IMG/VR virus record: IMGVR_UViG_3300022744_000002
Span: 1 to 64,000 of that record
From: a virus
Strand: one strand, 5' to 3'
DNA length: 64,000 nt
The position numbers and the translations under genes are program-made. Of the stretch, positions 59,309 to 64,000 are shown in pieces. The notes under the pieces are model-generated. The model did no database searches. It saw only the letters and a program-made list of their open reading frames with translations, and was not told where the DNA came from. Numbering within the stretch: the first letter of the stretch is position 1; every line of letters starts with the position of its first letter.

Positions 59309-59716
59309 ATGATGAGTCGGGGCGTGGAACTGCCATGGGAGATCTATGGCAGGAGGATCCGCCCCTTCTCGTTCGCTCTGATGTGCGTGACCTTCGTGGT
59401 GGGGCTGCAGTACCTCGCGCTGGGCAAGGGGCCGGGCGTCCCCTTGGCGGACACGCTGGAGGGTCTGCTGGCCTTCTCCGCAGCTGGCCTGCTTACCCTG
59501 GGCTGGCTGCACAAGAACGATGACATCCATGACTGGGGACTGCTGCTGGCGGCCGGCGTGTGGGGCGGGCGAGCAGTCCTGTATGCCCTAGAGCAGGGCG
59601 GCACAGCCCTGAGCATCTACTTCTCCCTTGGCTGGTTCATGGCGGCCATGGGGGCCTACCTCTTGGAGCGGTACGACCACAAATGGCGCTACCACCTTGT
59701 AGCGCGGAATGAGTGA
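59309..59716 (+). CDS. Multi-TM membrane protein (holin-like by position)
   Basis: Four hydrophobic segments. Follows the last tail gene. Confidence 0.45.
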   Translation: MMSRGVELPWEIYGRRIRPFSFALMCVTFVVGLQYLALGKGPGVPLADTLEGLLAFSAAGLLTLGWLHKNDDIHDWGLLLAAGVWGGRAVLYALEQGGTALSIYFSLGWFMAAMGAYLLERYDHKWRYHLVARNE

Positions 59717-59870
59717 CAGTACGTGGGGCATGATCGTCACCTTCCTGATCATCGCCGGGACACGCGTCCTTGACGCCTTTCTGCCTGAGGGCTACATGAT
59801 CCGATGGGTGAACAAGTACTTGCGCAAGAAGCCCAAGGACACGCCCAAGGACTCTGAGCAGGACTCCTGA
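59709..59870 (+). CDS. Small single-TM protein with highly charged C-terminus (holin/antiholin-like)
   Basis: MSDSTWGMIVTFLIIAGTRVLDAF...KKPKDTPKDSEQDS. ATGAGTGA overlap. Below the track cutoff. Confidence 0.4.
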   Translation: MSDSTWGMIVTFLIIAGTRVLDAFLPEGYMIRWVNKYLRKKPKDTPKDSEQDS

Positions 59871-59898
59871 GTCCACAGTGGTCTAAGGTGCCCCCAGG

Positions 59899-60387
59899 AT
59901 GAGCATCGTCTGGGGGTTTGATCTTGGAGTCAGGAGCCTCTACGCCGCCCGCCTCGATGGCGGCGGACTTGACCTCTTCTCCCGCAAGCTCGTCATCCAC
60001 AAGCAGGACCGCTGGGAGGAGCTCTACGCCCTCGCCCAGTGGATCAAGTCCCTCGGAGTTGATGGCCCTAGCTTCATCGAGGAACCACCCCTCGCGGGTG
60101 CGCGGAACCTGCAGACCTTCCTACACCTGGCACAGGTATCTGGGGTGGTCAGCGCCGCAGCACGACCGTCCATTCTCGTCCCTGTCTCGAGCTGGAAGCT
60201 GGGGACGGTAGGCCGTGGCAATGCGAGCAAGGACCAGGTTGCCGACTGGCTGCGTGCTCGTCATGCCCCGTGGTACGCCCTGTGCGGAGGGGACCAGAAC
60301 TTCATCGACGCCACCTGCATCGGGATCTACGGCCTGGGTGCGAGCGGACCTAGTGCCCAGCGACCCGTGGGTGCCCACGCCCACTGA
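59899..60387 (+). CDS. ruvC: RuvC-like Holliday junction resolvase
   Basis: FDLGVRS, FIEEPP and NFIDATCIG acidic motifs in RuvC order. Confidence 0.7.
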   Translation: MSIVWGFDLGVRSLYAARLDGGGLDLFSRKLVIHKQDRWEELYALAQWIKSLGVDGPSFIEEPPLAGARNLQTFLHLAQVSGVVSAAARPSILVPVSSWKLGTVGRGNASKDQVADWLRARHAPWYALCGGDQNFIDATCIGIYGLGASGPSAQRPVGAHAH

Positions 60388-60742
60388 GGTCCGGGACTAC
60401 AAATGGGCGCTGTTCCCTGAATGGCATGCTTCCGCTCTTTGCCGCACGATCGATAAGCCCGATGAGGTGTTCTTCGGGGAGCGGGACGACTCCCACAAGA
60501 CCTCCCTCACGGTGATCCAGATCCGTGAGGTCAAGAGCTTCTGCCGGCAATGCCCGGTCTTCCAGGACTGCCTCGAGCACGCCCTGACCACACCGGAGCG
60601 TCATGGGATCTGGGCGGGGACCTCCAAGAGGACCCGGCTGCGGATCCTTGCCCTCGTAGACTTGGGGGAAGTGACCATCACCGAGGTCATCGACGACTAC
60701 CTCGCGGGGAGGGAACGCAAGTATGAGTCCATCCGCCGCTAG
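60371..60742 (+). CDS. whiB: WhiB-family transcription regulator (start uncertain: GTG 60371 or 60353)
   Basis: Cys pattern ALC ... FCRQCPVFQDC plus the GIWAGT turn motif. Confidence 0.75.
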   Translation: MPTPTEVRDYKWALFPEWHASALCRTIDKPDEVFFGERDDSHKTSLTVIQIREVKSFCRQCPVFQDCLEHALTTPERHGIWAGTSKRTRLRILALVDLGEVTITEVIDDYLAGRERKYESIRR

Positions 60743-61220
60743 CAAGTCCCGGGCCAAGGTCAAGGACATGGAGCTCGTCCTGCCCCGTGAGGATGGGATC
60801 CGGGGATCGACCATCGACGACCCGGGCTACCGGGCCTACCAGCTCCACCTGCAGGGCAAGGACTGGGAGACAGTCGCCAAGGAGACGGGGTACCAAGACG
60901 GGTACGTCGCCCAGGTGGACGTGCGGAAGTACATCCACCGTGCCGCCCTCGAGATGGACCGAGCCAACAAGCTCGAGGTCATCGGGATCGAACTGGCGCG
61001 ACTGGACGCCCTGCAGAACGCCGTGTGGGATGACGCCATGGAGGGGGACACCAAGGCCGTCGATGCCGTGCTCAAGGTAATGAGCCATCGGGCCAAGCTC
61101 CTGGGGCTCGAGGTCATCGCCGCGGGGGCAAGCGAACTGCAGCAGGCCAAGACAGTGATCATCCAAGGGAACTCCGAGGAGTACATCAAGGCGCTGACCT
61201 TGGTTGAGTCTGATGCCTAG
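60723..61220 (+). CDS. Small terminase subunit-like protein
   Basis: HTH-like GKDWETVAKETGYQDGYVAQ and LDALQNAVWDDAMEGDTKAVDAVLKVMSHRAKLLGLE resemble actinophage small terminases. No large terminase is in the window. Confidence 0.4.
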   Translation: MSPSAASKSRAKVKDMELVLPREDGIRGSTIDDPGYRAYQLHLQGKDWETVAKETGYQDGYVAQVDVRKYIHRAALEMDRANKLEVIGIELARLDALQNAVWDDAMEGDTKAVDAVLKVMSHRAKLLGLEVIAAGASELQQAKTVIIQGNSEEYIKALTLVESDA

Positions 61221-61458
61221 AGACAAGGATGATAGGCCCGTTGATAATCTGGGGTTTATCAGACTAGGGTCTGGGTGGGTGCCACTGGAATGGGTGGTGA
61301 TGATCAAGTGCCTCAACCCCCAGGGGCAGGTGCAGTACCGCGAGCTGACCTCCAAGACGCTTCATCCGGTGGAGGCCTTGGGGATGCTCACCACCATGGG
61401 GGACACGATGCGGAACAGGTTGATGCGGGATGCCCATAACTACCGGGCGGACGAGTGA
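61204..61458 (+). CDS. Hypothetical protein (84 aa)
   Basis: ORF track. Confidence 0.5.
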   Translation: MSLMPRDKDDRPVDNLGFIRLGSGWVPLEWVVMIKCLNPQGQVQYRELTSKTLHPVEALGMLTTMGDTMRNRLMRDAHNYRADE

Positions 61459-61613
61459 TCACCAAGGTCTGCGAGCACTGCGAGGCGTTGATCGCCGTCG
61501 AGGACTGGTACTTCCACCAGCAGGCCCACATTCCTCACTTCAAGCAGATGCACCTCGACTGGTGCCAGGACGCCACCTGCCATTGGCGGGACTACACCCC
61601 TAGAGAGGACTGA
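61455..61613 (+). CDS. Small Cys/His-rich protein (52 aa)
   Basis: GTGA overlap. CEHC ... H..H ... C....C.H. Below the track cutoff. Confidence 0.4.
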   Translation: MITKVCEHCEALIAVEDWYFHQQAHIPHFKQMHLDWCQDATCHWRDYTPRED

Positions 61614-61614
61614 C

Positions 61615-61824
61615 ATGCCCACGCCAGACCTGTACCACCGCTTTCAGTACCACCCGCCGTCAACAGACCTCGTGAAGACGAACCACGAGACCATCCGGGC
61701 CGAGTGCTACCGCCTTGCCCTCATCCTCGACGCCCTGCCCGATGGGCGGGAGAAGAGCCTTGCCCTGACCAAGTTGGAAGAGGCCATGTTTTTCGCGAAT
61801 GCAGCCATCGCAAGGAACCAGTAA
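61615..61824 (+). CDS. Small helical-hairpin protein resembling the Acb2/Tad1-hairpin family (candidate nucleotide sponge)
   Basis: FQYHPP...NHETIRAECYRLALILDALPDGREKSLALTKLEEAMFFANAAIARNQ matches my memory of this widespread phage family. Confidence 0.45.
   Translation: MPTPDLYHRFQYHPPSTDLVKTNHETIRAECYRLALILDALPDGREKSLALTKLEEAMFFANAAIARNQ
61795..61824 (+). repeat. Copy C: last 9 codons plus stop (ANAAIARNQ*) of gene 61615..61824
   Basis: GCGAATGCAGCCATCGCAAGGAACCAGTAA. Confidence 0.9.
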
Positions 61825-62264
61825 TGCCACTCAACCTGACCGCTGAGCAGCGGATTGCCAAGAGCATCGTCACTGACGAGACAGGATGCTGGATCTGGCA
61901 GCGGGAGATCAATCCTGCTGGGTACGGCTGCATCAGGCTCAATAAGAAGCGTTGGCTCGTCCACAGGCTGACCTACACCCTGTTCGTGGGGGAGATCCCC
62001 GAGGGGATGGACATCGACCACCTGTGTCGCGTGAGGGACTGTTGCAACCCGAGCCACCTTGAGCCTGTGGACAGGAAGACCAACCTCATGCGCGGGGAAC
62101 ACCCCAATATGCAGGCACATCGTGAGGGGCGCTGCGCTCGTGGGCATGTGGTCAATCCAGATACAGCCTCGCCTAGGAGCGATGGCAGGCTCAAGTGCAG
62201 GGAATGCACCAATGCACGCGCCCGCGAGCGTAGGGCCAACGCCGCCATTGCGAGGAACCAGTGA
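61824..62264 (+). CDS. HNH homing endonuclease
   Basis: GCWIW...GYG N-terminal motif and DIDHLCRVRDCCNPSHLEPVDRKTNLMRG HNH core. It ends with the same 9 residues as the upstream gene. Confidence 0.8.
   Translation: MPLNLTAEQRIAKSIVTDETGCWIWQREINPAGYGCIRLNKKRWLVHRLTYTLFVGEIPEGMDIDHLCRVRDCCNPSHLEPVDRKTNLMRGEHPNMQAHREGRCARGHVVNPDTASPRSDGRLKCRECTNARARERRANAAIARNQ
62235..62264 (+). repeat. Copy D: the same 9 codons plus stop at the end of the HNH gene, synonymously different
   Basis: GCCAACGCCGCCATTGCGAGGAACCAGTGA. Confidence 0.9.
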
Positions 62265-62470
62265 CGTTCTCAGAGGCACTGGAGATCATCAAGCAAGGTG
62301 GAGTGGTCACCCGTGAGGGGTGGAACGGCAAGGGCATGTGGATCGCCCTGATGACCACCGAGGTGAGTCTGGACATGGGACGCCCCTACATCTTCATGAA
62401 GACCATTGACGACCAACTAGTTCCATGGGTGGCGTCCCAGACCGACCTGCTCGCGGAGGACTGGAAATGA
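62261..62470 (+). CDS. DUF2829-like protein (Tad2-type candidate anti-Thoeris sponge)
   Basis: MTFSEALEIIKQGGVVTREGWNGKGMWI...PYIFMKT.DDQLVPWVASQTDLLAEDW is the DUF2829 pattern as I remember it. The GTG start overlaps the HNH stop. Confidence 0.6.
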   Translation: MTFSEALEIIKQGGVVTREGWNGKGMWIALMTTEVSLDMGRPYIFMKTIDDQLVPWVASQTDLLAEDWK

Positions 62471-62844
62471 TCAAGGAGACCTGCTCGTGCGGGGCAACCA
62501 TCGAGATCCAGTCCCATGGTGGCGAGCGGGAGATCGTGGAGGAGTGGCGCAAGAGCCACCAGCACATTCCCACCAAGCCCGACTTCACCTCTGATCTGCC
62601 CAGAGACTGGCGCACCGACCCCATCCAGCCCTATCGCTCAGGCATGGTGGGGACGTACGACAAGGACTTCTTCACCCTCAACGAGGACTACGTCTACAAC
62701 GGTGAGGGTGAGCCCGTGTGGATTGGTTCCCGTCTACCCCCGACGTTCTGGGAGGACTGGGCGCGGCACTGGACCAAGCCTGTGGATCGAGGGAACGGTG
62801 GACGCACCACCGCCCACATCACGATGCCCACTAGGCCTGCGTGA
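62467..62844 (+). CDS. Hypothetical protein (125 aa)
   Basis: Internal ATG at 62467 makes an ATGA overlap. Confidence 0.5.
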   Translation: MIKETCSCGATIEIQSHGGEREIVEEWRKSHQHIPTKPDFTSDLPRDWRTDPIQPYRSGMVGTYDKDFFTLNEDYVYNGEGEPVWIGSRLPPTFWEDWARHWTKPVDRGNGGRTTAHITMPTRPA

Positions 62845-62866
62845 CGCCGCTGAGAGACTGGTCCTA

Positions 62867-62900
62867 GCCGGCAGGGTGAGGTGGGCATAGCCCTGTCGGC
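62867..62900 (+). terminator. 10-bp hairpin after gene 62467..62844
   Basis: GCCGGCAGGG ... CCCTGTCGGC (one G-U pair). Confidence 0.35.
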
Positions 62901-62917
62901 CTGACTTAGGAGGACAG

Positions 62918-63175
62918 ATGCAGGACGCATTCGGAGTAGTTCACACAGTGAGCAAGGGGATCGAGACGCTCAGCAGGTACGTCCCCAAGACCACGGGGAA
63001 GTCTGCACGCCTGCTTCTGCGCAAGAATCCAGCTGGCTCTCCCCTCACAAGGACTCAGCAGAATGTGTCCGCAGCTAATGCCGACAACGCTGTCAAGGGT
63101 CTCCAGATGAAGCATTGGACCCGTTCCCAGCGCAAGGCCAACCTCCAGCAGGCGCGAGTGAGAGTCCTCGGCTGA
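62918..63175 (+). CDS. Hypothetical basic protein starting MQDAFGV
   Basis: GGAGGA RBS. The N-terminus and 13 nt (AGGACGCATTCGG) are shared with gene 5894. Confidence 0.5.
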   Translation: MQDAFGVVHTVSKGIETLSRYVPKTTGKSARLLLRKNPAGSPLTRTQQNVSAANADNAVKGLQMKHWTRSQRKANLQQARVRVLG

Positions 63176-63558
63176 TGAAGCTCTCGCTCAGGCCCCTGAA
63201 GGCGTTGGGGGAAGGTCCAGGGGCAGCCAAGACTCCTGGCGCTGTCCTGCCCGCCTTCAAGAAGCCTGCTGCGCCATACAAGGGCTTCGTCCAGTACGAC
63301 CCGGGGCTGGCTGCCCAGAGGCAGCGCGGGGCCATGAAAGCCACCTTCGGCAAGCGCCTGCGGGTCACTGACCAGCAGCTCAAGGAGGCTGCTGCCGTCA
63401 CGGGAGGCCTAGCCACCGGCACAGGACTGGCAGCGACGGCCTACGAGCTCCATGAGCACGTCAAAGTGCAGCGGAGGCATGGGAAGACCACTCTGGTCCG
63501 CAAGGGGCTCACGGATAGCCCCACGACCCGGGAAGACAGCATCAGGGCGCACCTATGA
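63175..63558 (+). CDS. Hypothetical basic Ala/Gly-rich protein (127 aa)
   Basis: Internal ATG at 63175 overlaps the previous stop (TGATG). Confidence 0.5.
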   Translation: MKLSLRPLKALGEGPGAAKTPGAVLPAFKKPAAPYKGFVQYDPGLAAQRQRGAMKATFGKRLRVTDQQLKEAAAVTGGLATGTGLAATAYELHEHVKVQRRHGKTTLVRKGLTDSPTTREDSIRAHL

Positions 63559-64000
63559 CCGATCTCAACGTCGTTGCCAAGGTCTCTCGGGGTCAACTGG
63601 GCCTGAGCGACCTCAATGTCAACGATCACTCCTCCTATGTGCTGGCCGGCAACATGGCCTTCGGGGGAGCAGTCCAGTGGGCCCGCAAGCAGCTCGAGGT
63701 GCCCTGGGTGGATGGACAGGTCACGGTAGAGCGGCATCGACAGAACGTCACCGAGCCCCTGAGCTTCTATGTGGCCGGGCCTGACCTTGCCACGCTGGAC
63801 ACACGCCTGGGGACGCTCATCGCCGCCTTCCACCAGGACAGGTTCACCTTTCAGCTCGTTGTTGGGGGTGCCAACCATGCGTGGGACTGTGAGGCGGCCG
63901 ACATCCAGCAGGTGCTCTACGACACTGTCCACGTCCACAACAAGTACGTCACCGTGACCTTCTCGGTGCCGCATAAGCCGATACCCCTAGCCGGGGCGTT
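63555..64000 (+). CDS. Hypothetical protein, 3' partial (possibly a tail/structural component)
   Basis: ATGA overlap with the previous stop. The frame stays open to the window end (148 codons). Beta-rich sequence (LSFYVAGPDLATLDTRLGTLIAAF) reminiscent of distal-tail proteins. Confidence 0.45.
   Translation, partial: MTDLNVVAKVSRGQLGLSDLNVNDHSSYVLAGNMAFGGAVQWARKQLEVPWVDGQVTVERHRQNVTEPLSFYVAGPDLATLDTRLGTLIAAFHQDRFTFQLVVGGANHAWDCEAADIQQVLYDTVHVHNKYVTVTFSVPHKPIPLAGA

Noticed and set aside
1-64000. Prophage boundaries, integrase or attachment sites.
   Set aside because: No integrase or recombinase, no tRNA and no host-like flanking genes are present. Whether this is a free phage genome or a prophage interior cannot be decided from the window.

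Overview
The whole 64-kb window reads as a densely packed, high-GC (judged by eye, not computed) dsDNA tailed-phage genome or prophage interior of the actinobacteriophage type. The type call rests on a WhiB-like regulator, a DUF4192-like protein, glycine-rich minor-tail-like proteins and an Rpf/SLT-like transglycosylase. I recognised no rRNA, tRNA, CRISPR array, integrase or host housekeeping gene. Layout: (i) 1-19.3 kb, rightward head and tail-shaft module. It holds an AAA+ fusion protein, a MuF-like protein, an XkdF-like protein, scaffold, decoration and major capsid genes, an FN3 protein, connector genes, an endonuclease VII insertion, the major tail protein, the G/GT chaperone pair with a CCCTTTC -1 slippery site, and a 1608-aa tape measure. 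(ii) 19.4-31.9 kb, a leftward operon of about 32 mostly small ORFs. These include many Cys-rich proteins, an HTH protein, an SLT/Rpf-like transglycosylase, membrane proteins, a DUF4192-like protein, a secreted protein and a ParB-like protein. The operon is driven by a family of extended -10 promoters and is punctuated by strong hairpins. (iii) 32.1-45.7 kb, rightward replication and recombination module (DnaB-like helicase, DnaG-type primase, SSB-like protein, compact Pol III alpha, HNH, Cas4-like nuclease). (iv) 45.0-47.3 kb, a cassette of two glycosyltransferases and an FkbM methyltransferase. (v) 47.3-59.3 kb, rightward tail-fibre-like block behind a consensus-like promoter and a leader terminator. 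It includes a 1442-aa protein built of about 20-aa Thr/Ala/Ser repeats and two glycine-rich-domain proteins. (vi) 59.3-64.0 kb, holin-like genes, RuvC-like resolvase, WhiB-like regulator, a small-terminase-like protein, an HNH gene, and two small proteins resembling cyclic-nucleotide sponge anti-defence families. The observations I rank highest are these. Two homing-endonuclease genes are each flanked by a synonymously recoded duplicate of the neighbouring gene end. A candidate Acb2/Tad1-like plus DUF2829/Tad2-like anti-defence pair is split by one of those endonucleases. A promoter-to-terminator unit predicts a roughly 105-nt structured RNA with a tRNA-like T-arm. A promoter-leader-terminator arrangement sits in front of the tail-fibre block. 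The virion genes are unusually split across the genome. All functional calls rest on motifs I recognise by eye, and no database search was run.
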